Assembly (NCBI GenBank): GCA_964016885.1
Contig: OZ024758.1
Span: 8,990,001 to 9,054,000, forward strand
Direction of reading: 5' to 3'
DNA length: 64,000 nt
From: Eledone cirrhosa
Taxonomy: Eukaryota
Positions 25,168 to 36,330 of this stretch are shown here, in pieces. Below the pieces are notes generated by a model that saw only the letters and a list, made by a program, of their open reading frames with translations, did no database searches and was not told where the DNA came from. Both the position numbers and the translations under genes were made by a program. Position 1 is the first letter of the stretch, and each line of letters starts with the position of its first letter.

Positions 25168-26333
25168 CTGAATAAAATACCATAGGTATTTATCCAAGCT
25201 CTTAATCTACCAAAAACATATGGATAGCTCTATTAGACTCACATCCTCCTATTTTTTTCAGACACATCGACTTCAACCTTAGTTAACTCTTAACATCCTA
25301 TAACCACATGAATCTATATTAGCAAGATTGCTAAAAAGTCTAAAATAGTACTAAGGCTGCCTCACATTAAAAATTTAAGTTTCTACATCAGTTTACTGCA
25401 CATTTTCATACAGATCCCTCTACTAGTAAAGATACAAATATTTGAATTAACCTATTTTAAAAATATTTTCTATTGAATCATTACAGGATGTTGAGAGTTA
25501 AATTACCTAGAAACTTAGCTGCACAACAGGCTTAAAATAATATTAACCAAATGTATTGTATATCTTCTTATCAGCAAATACAACTAGCCAGCATGTTAAA
25601 CAACACACAGCTACAACACAGAAAACACTATATATACTTAGTGCAACCACATGTATCCACATTTGGTCAACAGTGATGTACAAGCAATGCATTACAATGA
25701 TGATGATGTGTGCATTTTATCATGGCATCAGCACTATCACTTTACAGAGTGTACTTAGTGGGCCCAATCTTTTTGCAACAAACCACAATAAACTACAAAG
25801 GACACAAAACTGTGCAGCACACTTCATAAGTTGTACAGAGACCATGTCCACAGACATCTAACATTAAAAGAAGGAAAAATGGAAGGCGGTGCAGATGTAT
25901 GAGGGGCAGAGTTTGTTGCCATAGCAAGCTTTAACATCCTTCACCCACAGTCGCTGTCAATACATGAAAAGAAAAAATACCTAAATACACCGACACAAAC
26001 CTGAAAGCACTACAAAATCCTAAAAACACTATCTCTTGCTTTATTTATGTCAAATTTCTAGTTGGTGAATATTGACCTTAAATGAACCGACCCACTCCTA
26101 GCATTGATTTTTTGGTCACATATTTCTCAGCATATATTGAAGTATATATGGTAGTTTTCAAATAAGGATTCAAAGGGACAAGAATTTTCACAACTGTACC
26201 CTTAAGAAGGATAATTATTTTAGCTTCCATTAGAACTCATTACATCTCACACATCAAATGATTTTAGGAAATTGTGTTAGTTGATGCAAATAATCTAATT
26301 TGACATCCTTTCATGTCAGAAAACTTTTGAGTC

Positions 26334-26585
26334 CTTTTCTTGACCTCTCTACAGTAGAATGGGGACAAAAGCCATCTTTTCTTGACCTCTCTACAGTAGA
26401 ATGGAGAGAAAAGCCATCTTTTCTTGACCTCTCTAGAGTAGAATGGGAACAAAAGCCATCTTTTCTTGACCTCTCTAGAGTAGAATGGGAACAAAAGCCA
26501 TCTTTTCTTGACCTCTCTAGAGTAGAATGGGAACAAAAGCCATCTTTTCTTGACCTCTCTACAGTAGAATGGGGACAAAAGCCAT
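26334..26585. repeat. 45-bp minisatellite, about 5.6 copies
   Basis: unit CTTTTCTTGACCTCTCTA(C/G)AGTAGAATGGG.ACAAAAGCCAT. Confidence 0.95.
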
Positions 26586-26802
26586 TAACTTGATGAAATT
26601 GATGACTAAAATACACTAATACTCTGTCTACAACCACCATAGCATCTCTCATATGATGGTGTTTACAAAACAAAAATAAAATAACCAATAGATTACAAGA
26701 CAGCTTTATGAATGTGTGTGTTATATCATCATCATTGTTTAATGGGGTATCTTCCCATGCTTGCATGGGTTGGATGAATTGTCACATTTTGAGGTTAGAC
26801 TA

Positions 26803-26805
<3 letters not shown>

Positions 26806-26860
<55 letters not shown>

Positions 26861-26920
26861 TGTGTGTGTGTGTGTGGTGTGTGTGGTGTGGTGTGTGTGG
26901 TGTGGTGTGTGTGGTGTGTG

Positions 26921-26959
<39 letters not shown>

Positions 26960-26982
26960 CGTGCGCGTGTGTGTGCGTGCGC
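26806..26982. repeat. Compound microsatellite (GA)n-(GT/GGT)n-(GC)n
   Basis: direct reading. Confidence 0.97.
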
Positions 26983-28121
26983 TCTGTAAGCCATTCACTC
27001 AACAAAACTACAATCAATACACATAAAGCTTTTCAGAGAAGAAACAATAATTGCTTTGCTTCTAAAATCTGAGGATTATTTCCAACAGGAAAAAAAGAGC
27101 CAGCTTATCATTCCTTAGAGAGACAAACTGAAGAAAAGAAATTTTACATCTCTAAATGTAGAATATGGATACAGTTTCAGCCCCTACAGAATAATGAAGT
27201 CATCAATAATAAATCAATTTTTTTTATTTACTTTTATATCTATATACTAATGCACTATGAGGGTCAGCTGAAAAGTGTGTAGGTTGACTATGAAGGAGCT
27301 GTGAAATCTTGCATGCATTAATTTCAACTCTTCTAATTAATAACTGCATTGTTTCTTTCCAGGGAATATGTTGTAAAATAAACCTCATTTGGTCATTCCA
27401 TGAGAGTATCTTGAGTCTATGAAGTTTTATTTTTTAAATCTTAGGTTTATTGGACTCTTATGACAGTTTGATTGAAGGTGGTTGGCCATATATATCAATT
27501 CCTTTGAAGTGATTACTTAGCTGCTAGTTATATATTCCCTTTTGACCTAGTTTCTCTGATATTTAAAGCAATAAACAGCTTATTTCTAATAAAATTCACT
27601 GCTTGTCATCATAATCTATAACCATTTAACATAGGTTACACAGGCTGTTGCATTTTGAGGCTAGACATTTTGTGACCATGTCTTCATATGCTCCATAAAT
27701 AATGAGGAATTTAGTAAATAACCCTTTTGTTAATCAACCAAGGTTTAGAATGTAATCAACAAAAAAGATTCTTAGACAAAATTATGATGAAAGATTTTGT
27801 ATCACACCTTGTGGTATCCTCGGGCAAGTTAGTATCAAAAGGGTTAGGAGTTAGGATGTGCTATAATATATCAAAACATTCTTATACATGTCCATCATCA
27901 TCATCATTATTATCATTGTTTAATGCCCATTTTCCACACTAACATGAATAGGACATGCTGCTCCGTTGTGAGACAACCAGGTTGGAGGACCATGTTTTGC
28001 TCACACAGAACTGATTTGGGCTTGGTTTCTATGGTTGAATGCCCTTTCTAACACCAACCAAAACCTTATCTTGTACTATCTTATAGGCTTTAAATTGCCA
28101 TTATTATTAGCTTTTACAAGG

Positions 28122-28342
28122 GCAGTGGATTGGCAGAATCGGTAGAGCATCAGACATGCTTTTCAGCATCGAGTTCCATCCCTTTACATTCTTCTGAGTT
28201 CAAATCCCGTCAAAGTTAGCTTTGCCGTTCATCCTTACGGGGTTGATAAAATAAAGTACCAGTAACGCACTGGGTCAATTCAATCAACTTTCCCCTTCGC
28301 CCTAAAATTGTTGACCTTGGGCTTAAATCAGAAACCTTTATT
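28122..28342 (+). mobile_element. SINE family A variant
   Basis: GGCAGTGGATTGGCAGAATCGGTAGAGC head, GAGTTCAAATCCC B box, family core. Confidence 0.85.
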
Positions 28343-28447
28343 AACTTTTACAACATAATCACTGGTGTTATGGCTTACATTGATAGGTTCTATAGAATAG
28401 TTCCACCCTGCCTTCCAGTAAGATCTGAGACAATATGTAATGGTGTA

Positions 28448-28515
<68 letters not shown>

Positions 28516-29774
28516 GTTTCTGAGGAAGATGGTGGGATTGATCAGGGATTCCAACAGGTAGCGACGTAAACCCTACCATTCTAGATGATATATCGATCTA
28601 CCACGACCAATCAACCCTCTGAAACAATTGTAAAACAATGAACTAATCAATTACCTATCTCTGGCTTTCGTTTTATTTTCATTGTTCAACACACACGCAC
28701 TTCCATCTGTGTTGATCTGTTCTTTATTTGACTGAGAAGTTCTCAATTAAACAATCTGTTTTTAACCTTTCTACTGCTTTCAAATCAGTAACATTTGTTC
28801 TGGTGACATTTCAGTGACAAGCACTGTAGCTTTTCAGAAGAATGAAGGAGGGAAAGGGGTGGCAGGAATTTATTCTTAACCTCTACCATAAGAATAAACT
28901 GAATATAAAGAGGTAACAAGCTTGAAACAACAGCAAGCTGATGTGGGCTCAAAAATAACAGTCTGCAAGAAAATCATTAAAAATTTTGGAGCAGTGCAGA
29001 AAGTTACAAAACAAAACAGAAAACTAAGAAAAAGCCTTTTTCCTGGATCATTGTAATTGGTGAAGGTTAAGCTGTTAAAGAAAAGAATATCTAGCCATAA
29101 AAAGTTTAATGAGAGGTGACAGGTTACAACAACTACAGTGCTTTTACACAGCCTATATAGCCCATTAGATCTGTCATACTGTAATCCTGTGCGAAAGAAA
29201 ACATTACAAAGGTATCTCCATGTCCAATGTCAAAACATGCACATTCTTCAGAAGTAATTTTAGATAAAGAAAATAATCAATACTTTTAAAAGCCACACAA
29301 AGTTGGGAGAGAAATTTCAAATATTTGACCTACTAAACAATATTCAACTATTTTGCTACTGCTCTTAAAAACTTACAGTTCATTGCAGCTATATCTTAAA
29401 AACCTAATGATGTATACATATATAATGGAATAATCAATCATGGAATAGGGACAGTAATAAAATATGATCAAGAAAATTAAGGTTAATTTAAGAACAATAC
29501 TGCTATTTCAATGAGGTATGAGAGTTTAGAAATCTAATTAATACATGGAGTAAGAGACTTCAATGAGGCACATTATACATTTTCCTTCTCTCTAATGAAG
29601 AAGTAGCTATGATAACTTATCAATGCAGAAAATCTGAGTAGCACAGCATCTGAAACAGAGGAACAGTTAGTTTCTCTTTGTCTAAGTGAATGAACCTCTA
29701 TTGGTTTAGATGATGAGCATTGATCAACTCAACTACCAATTCACTCAATTAACTCTTAATGTCCTGTATCAAAA

Positions 29775-30060
29775 GGTGGTGAATTGGCAGAGTCATTAAT
29801 ATATTGGATAGAATGCTTTGCTGTATTTATTTTGACCCTCTGCTCTCTGAGTTCAAATCCCAATGAGGTTAACTTTGCTTTTCATCCATTTGAGGTCGAT
29901 AAAAAAAACTACCAGTTTAGTACTGGGGTTGATTCTTCCTCTATATCTCTTTTTCACTTCTATTCTCACACTCTCTCTCTATCCTTCTCTGGAAGAAATC
30001 TGCTGTATTCAGGCCTGGAGAAGATTTGGATCTGCCAGATTTTAAAATACCTCAGAAACA
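29775..30060 (+). mobile_element. SINE family A, long-tail variant
   Basis: matches the 5830-6100 and 36050-36330 copies. Confidence 0.85.
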
Positions 30061-30295
30061 TACAGGACCAAGCACACAAGCAATGCCCTGTATCATATGA
30101 AACCATATTAGCAAGACATTCTTAAAAAGTACAAAACAGCACTAAAATTGCATCACATTAAAAAATAAAGTCTGTGAATTTCAGAAAGATCTGTCCACTA
30201 GTAAAGATATGTTTGATTTAAGAGAACCCGTTTTTAGATCAGGGAGAAGGGCAGGGGAGAGGGGTAGAGAGGTAGAGAGAGTAAAGTAGAAAACC

Positions 30296-30458
30296 TCGTG
30301 GAGGTGCCATGGCAAAAAAAGCACCCAGCACTCACTGTAAATGAGGTTGGTGTTAGGAAGGGCATCCAGCTGTAGAAATCAAGCCAGAATCAGTTCCCGT
30401 CCCACCCTTGCAAGCAGGGAAAAGCGGACGTAAAATGATTATGATGATGATGATGATG
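30296..30458 (+). mobile_element. SINE-like family C
   Basis: inverted near-identical copy of 8826-8978. Confidence 0.85.
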
Positions 30459-31099
30459 AATAATGATCAAAATTGACAGCTGGGACTCGCTTGAGCCAAA
30501 AAATAAACATTCATTAACTCATCTTTAATAGAACCGCTTTGTTAACATGTTGTGTAGATGCATTTATTGGGATTTAATATATTCTTTATGTAATGTTTCT
30601 ATTCCAGTTTTCAAAATAGACAGGCATGAAAATAAGATTATAGAAGATTATTAATTGGCGCCAGGATAATGATTAGCTTCCAGACAGTTATACTGAAGAA
30701 GATTGAAGATACATATGTGGTGTAACTGGCAGCAAAGTACATTTTTTGTAAGGAAAATATTCTCAATTAAACCAAACTCATTAATTCAGAAAATAAAGAG
30801 ACATATCTAAAGAACACAAGATGGTTGACTGAATACACACATGCTTTTTCTCAAAAAAATGTTTTTCCTTTCCTTCTTTCTACTCACTCTCTATCTTTTT
30901 ATTTCATCTTTATTTCTCATTCTATCTTCTGTTGAAGGATTAGTGTCCGAAATGTAAAGACATTTTTTCTACTAGATCAAGTGTTAAAATAATATATTTT
31001 TTCATTGTTCTGTGTTGGTTGTATTTACTTTTGCACATACACATGTGTGTGTAAGTGTGATAGAAAGGCAGAGCTTGGATGAACTGAGGGAGAAACTAG

Positions 31100-31359
31100 G
31101 TTTAAGAAGAATCTGAAGTGGTATGCAAGAGAGAAGACTGTATTAGTACGAACATGTGATGCACATGCATGATGATCACTGGGTGAAGAAGTGCCAGGAA
31201 ATCCCAGTGGAGGGAAGTCACAATAAAGGCAAATCAAGAAAGACATGGGGAGAGGTGGTGAGAGATGATCTCAAATTGCTGAGACTAACAAAGGAATATG
31301 GTGAGTGGAGAGATGCTGTTCTAAAAAGGACCCATCCGATCCATGCAAGCAGAGAAAAT

Positions 31360-31361
<2 letters not shown>
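31100..31361 (+). mobile_element. RTE LINE 3' end
   Basis: ERRLY*YEHVMHM.DDHWVKKC..IPVEG...KGKSRKTWGEVVRDDLK, the typical RTE C-terminal RL.W.GHV..GRPRKTW region. Confidence 0.8.
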
Positions 31362-31445
<84 letters not shown>

Positions 31446-31462
31446 CGTGCGTGCGTGTGTGT
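31361..31462. repeat. (GT)n microsatellite
   Basis: direct reading; abuts the RTE 3' end. Confidence 0.97.
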
Positions 31463-32159
31463 AGATGTTCTACTAAGTAATATTAATATATAATATAATC
31501 AGTTGAGATTTTGCCGCCATGAGTAAATACAAGGTTCAAAACAAAATATGAAATGTCAACTGAAAAGAAAATGGAAATATCAAGCAAATAAAACAAAATA
31601 GAATGTCAACTTGAACTTAATTCAATATAAGATAAGGTTTCTAAATAATAAAGGACAAACATAAAATAAAATACCAGAAATATTAAAAACCTTGAGGGCA
31701 GGTATTTTTAAATACCAGAATCATGTAGTCTGTAACAGCAAAATTCAGCTGAATAACTTTTGAAATATAATTTGTTTCTACTCACAATATATTTGAATAC
31801 TTTATGTTGTATTATATAGAAATGCAAGGCCACTTACACACCCGTGAATAAAATGTGTAGTAAATAAATATATACATATACACCAGATCCAAACACAGAG
31901 GAACCAAACTCTCACTGCTTCTGAATCTCCTGCTCTCTCTCAATCTCTCACTATTATGAGCAAATCCTCTATATCTCTTTCTCACTCCCATTCTCTCACT
32001 CTCTCTCTCTATCCTTCTCTGGAAGAAATCTGCAGTATTCTGACCTGGAGAGGGGGATGGGCTCCGTCAGGTTTAAAAATGCCCTAGAAACGCTATATAT
32101 CTATACAGCACTCCTACAACTTTTTCAGGAGTTACGGAACCATGCATGCTTCTTCTATT

Positions 32160-32360
32160 AATAATTGTTTCTACTTTAGGCACAAGGCCAGCAATTACCC
32201 AGTACATTACTGGTACTTCATTTTATCGACCCCGTCAGGATGAAAGGCAAAGTCAACCTCGGCGGGATTTGAACTCAGTTCGTAAAGGGCCGTAAAAGCA
32301 TGGCGTCAAAGCATGGCGTCAAAGCATGGCGTCTGACCCTCTACCGATACTGCCAATCCA
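32160..32360 (-). mobile_element. SINE family A with internal AAAGCATGGCGTC triplication
   Basis: reverse complement of the family consensus. Confidence 0.88.
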
Positions 32361-32661
32361 ATAATGAACAAACATCGTGGAGCAAGAAGAACAACAATAT
32401 ATATAAAGAACATAACTGAATAGGCATAACTTGCTACAGTTGAATAAAAGAAGCACATCTAATTAAACTTCTAAATGCACTGAACCATACATACTAGTGT
32501 GTGTTTATATAAAGGCTAGAAACACTGTCAAACGACACAACAGCTCTGATATATTTGTTCCACAATGCACAAACTGTAAATGCCTATTCGAAAAACTGGA
32601 GAAATTATAAAGAAAAAATGAATCAAATTAACCGTAAACTCATAATAAATCAGCAAATATG

Positions 32662-32902
32662 TCATTCATTCATTCATTCAATTCCATTGCTCTTTGTGGA
32701 GTATAGGCCAGTGACGATCCTCAGTCATCGTACACAATCCTGAGCTGCTCTCGCCTCTCTACTCCAGTTAATTCAGCCTCAGTGTCACGCCTCCAGCTGC
32801 CCCGGTCTGGACTCTCTTCCTCTTACTCTGCGAGTTCCAGGCCAGGGCTTAGCACGCAGTGTTGGGTGCTGGTTTCCTGAGGGTATGTTCAATCCAGCTC
32901 CA
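32662..32902 (-). mobile_element. RTE-type LINE 3' fragment with (TGAA)n tail
   Basis: WSWIEHTLRKPAPN..ALAWNSQSKRKR resembles the WIGHTLRK..ALTWNPQGKRKRGRP motif. Confidence 0.75.
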
Positions 32903-32907
32903 ATTCT

Positions 32908-33070
32908 TCCAAGACGGTTGGATAACATCCATGAGCTCAGCTGGGTCTTGCTTGGAGATCCAGCCAGATCAATTGGAGACGGTTGCTTCTGACAGGACCC
33001 ACTGGAAGGGGTGTTCGAGGACTCTACTCCCACGACCCTCTCATGAATAAGTGGGCAAGAGAGAAGAGAG
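32908..33070 (+). mobile_element. RTE (Expander-like) LINE 3' fragment
   Basis: RRLDNIHELSW..IQPDQLETVASDRTHWK..LLPRP; homologous to 5245-5440. Confidence 0.7.
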
Positions 33071-34107
33071 TTTGAATACAGACCAATGTTCAGCTAAAGA
33101 GAAACAGCACAATCAAATAACTTCTGGACGTTTACAGAGTTATTTCCCTTACATTGTCTGCAAAAGGACAGCGAAACCAGTTGGTTTGACCCTCATTTAA
33201 AGAGAACAGATAAAAAAAACAACAAATAAAAAAAAACATATGGTCTAATCACAGGACCTTGTTTTATAGGGAGAATAATTACCTCGTGAACCGGTATTCA
33301 TATTTATTAATAACCAACGCTGTATCGATCCTTTAGTTAGTAATTACATAAGATCTAATATATTTTACTTGGAGAATAAAGTGACTCACGTAAAATAACT
33401 AAAAATGATATAAAACTGACAAAACCAGGGTTTTTCAATGTTAAAATAAAATAAAAATAAAATACATAACACAGTTAATTGAAATAAAATGGTACGATTC
33501 GTTTGTTGCAGCTGTAAGAGTTGCAATCGAATTAGATATTTATATCTTAACAGTTTTAACCCTCTTTCACGACCTTTTTTGTTGTTTAGTCAGAACAGAG
33601 GAAAGTTTCCCTGAACTAGTGATTTGTCCCAAATGCTTGCAACAGAGTTAAAGGCACCCAAGGACCAGGTAGTGGTGTTAAACAGTTCAAACTCCACTGT
33701 GCCTTACCACTTGTCTTGATCCCGTGCCATCTCATTTGAGAGGTCAACGATTGCATTATGTAGTGTGTTTTATACAATAGTAGTAAACGGCTTACGATGA
33801 TTTGGCTACAAATTCTATCTAGCAGGTTGAATGACTACGTAGAAGCTCCATTTGTACAAGCTGTATCAGATTCATCATAGATTTTGCCAGCTTTACTTAA
33901 GTTCTAATTCCCCCTCCAAAACAAACTATAAAGAACACAAAACATTATGCTTCACATCATCACATACTACCTACAAACACCAACACCAAACTTCAATTTT
34001 GACTCTCTACCACTACATGTATTCCCACAATATGTACGACTACTACATATACAACACCCAGAATACTATTGCAGCAACATCTTTCAAACTTATCATTATT
34101 ATTGTTT

Positions 34108-34290
34108 TGTGAAGGTGCGTGGTTTAGTGGTTAGAGAATTGGATTTGCAATCGCGAGGTTGTGGGTTCGATTCCCGGACCAGGCGATGCATTATGTTCTT
34201 GAGCAAGACACTTTATTTTGCGTTTCTTTTTCTGCTAGAAGTTGCGACTACCAGATGGTATCAGCAATGGAAAGACCAACAGAAACATTG
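34108..34290 (+). mobile_element. tRNA-derived SINE, family B
   Basis: TGGTTTAGTGGTTAGAG, GGTTCGATTCCC, CTTGAGCAAGACACTTT; downstream sequence resembles 3700-3900. Confidence 0.8.
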
Positions 34291-34859
34291 TTTCCTTTCT
34301 TCTTATCGTGTCCACAAGAGTGTCGGCTACAAATCTTGGCTAGATGTGGTTCTGCCACAGCTGAACACATTGCTGTCCTTTCTAATTAAACTCTGCCAGC
34401 TCCATTATTGTTAGAGATGAGAGGTTAAGTTTTTCTTCCCACTCAGTAACCGAATGGTCTGAGATTTTGTCAATTGATTCCTTAATTGTTTTCCTATCCA
34501 GTTTTTCATACTGGCATGGGTTGGACAGGATGTTTTGGGACTGATTTGCAGCCTGATACCAACCCTTCTCACCTCTTACAACATACGGTGATATTATAGC
34601 TTTCCTCTGCCTTTCTTAACCAGAGATAGTCTTTCAGTTTATTGGTTCTTTTCACTATAGGTATAATTTTTTATTAACATTTCTTAGCTCACTACATTAA
34701 ATAATATAAATTATTAAAGGTTTTCCTGTTAAGATATCCTTGAGTATTTTTTGTTATTCTTTTAAACTATAATGCCTCTCAAGTATTATGGGTGTGATTT
34801 TAATTAAAATTCCTAGGTTCACTACACTAAATACCCACTTTGCTAAATAGCTTTATAGA

Positions 34860-35021
34860 GTTATAGCAAGCTGAGGTGTGAAGTTACAGGTCTATGGTCT
34901 AATGGGACAATAGTTATAGCAGGCTGAGGTGTGAAGTTACAGATCTATGGTCTAATGGGACAATAGTTATAACAGGCTGAGGTGTGAAGTTACAGGTCTA
35001 TGGTCTAATGGGACAATAGTT
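34860..35021. repeat. 53-bp tandem repeat x3
   Basis: TTATAGCAGGCTGAGGTGTGAAGTTACAGGTCTATGGTCTAATGGGACAATAG. Confidence 0.95.
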
Positions 35022-35993
35022 TTTATTGTATCACTACTAGTAATGTGTTTCTGACCCTAATTATACCTGTTTCAGTTTTCATAACTCTAAATTGATAACA
35101 TATTTCTAGTAGTTTGCAGCTCTGAAATAATCAAAAATCATTTGCAAGATTGTCTGGAGGCTGACTATACATGTAGTTAACATATATTAATACACACACA
35201 CATATATATTTAATTTTAACCGAGAACCGATCCATATAATTAGAATAATAATTATATGCAGTAACCATGAGAACTGCCTGCTGTTGTAGACTTGGAATGG
35301 TTACCTTATATATACATGACTTATATGTTAGAATATTTATATGTAACAGCCATGAAGTGGAAACAACAGTACAATTTAAAATAATTAACTCATTTCATAA
35401 CAATTTGCTTCAGACATTTCTTATCTTAAAGTGATCATATTTAAATATAAACCCTTGATTCTTATGTTCACAAAGAACCTTTTTAATAAACAAAATCTCA
35501 GTTATGTTACTAGATCTTTCCAAATTCTTAATTATTTAGAAAATTGAAACACACAAGCGGAGTGTTTTATGAGAAATATGTTAACAATGTGAAGTAGTGG
35601 CAGCAAGTTTTACAGTTAGAACAGTAACTACATAGAGTAGCTTCCCGCATATTTACATTTAAATTAGGGAACAAATAAAGAATCGATACTACTGTTATGA
35701 TATACCTCTTTTCTTTCAAGAAGACATACAATCTTGCCAAAAACTTGTGTGTGAAAGTCAATGATGAAACCATATAGTGTTTCTGTGAAAGGATTATATT
35801 TAGTCCATTAGTCAGTTTCTCAAAGATATCAAACAACCATTCTGCTACAAACATTATTTCTTAAGTTAACAAAGCAACCTAAATTTGATATTCTATGAAA
35901 ATCGCTTTCCACTCTCATAAATTCTATCAGTAAGAAAATCATTACAATTACTGACACAATATATATATTTTTTTCTTTTATATATATATATAT

Positions 35994-36044
<51 letters not shown>

Positions 36045-36049
36045 GCATA

Positions 36050-36330
36050 GGTGGCATATTGGCAGACCCGTTAGAACGTTGGATAGAGTGCTTTGTGGTA
36101 TTCGTTTCATCTCTCTGTGCTCTGAGTTCAAATCCCACTGAGATCAGCTTTGCCTTTCATCCATTCCACGTTGATAAAAAAGTACCAGTCTAGTACTGGG
36201 GTCGATTCTTCCTGTGTCTATTCCTCACTTCCATTCTCTCACTCTCTAAGCTTCTCTAGAAGAAATCTGTTATGTTCAGACCTGGAGAGGGAATGGGTTC
36301 CACCAGGTTTTAAAATGCCCTAGAAATGCC
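36050..36330 (+). mobile_element. SINE family A, long-tail variant
   Basis: core and long tail as at 5830. Confidence 0.85.

Noticed and set aside
26739-27072. Overlapping RE/CV/HT-rich ORFs
   Set aside because: Microsatellite translations
28512-28630. MITE-like inverted termini next to (TA)n
   Set aside because: Arm complementarity too loose to support a call
34110-34185. tRNA gene
   Set aside because: A/B boxes are present but the sequence continues into a SINE body repeated elsewhere; no clean cloverleaf or terminator
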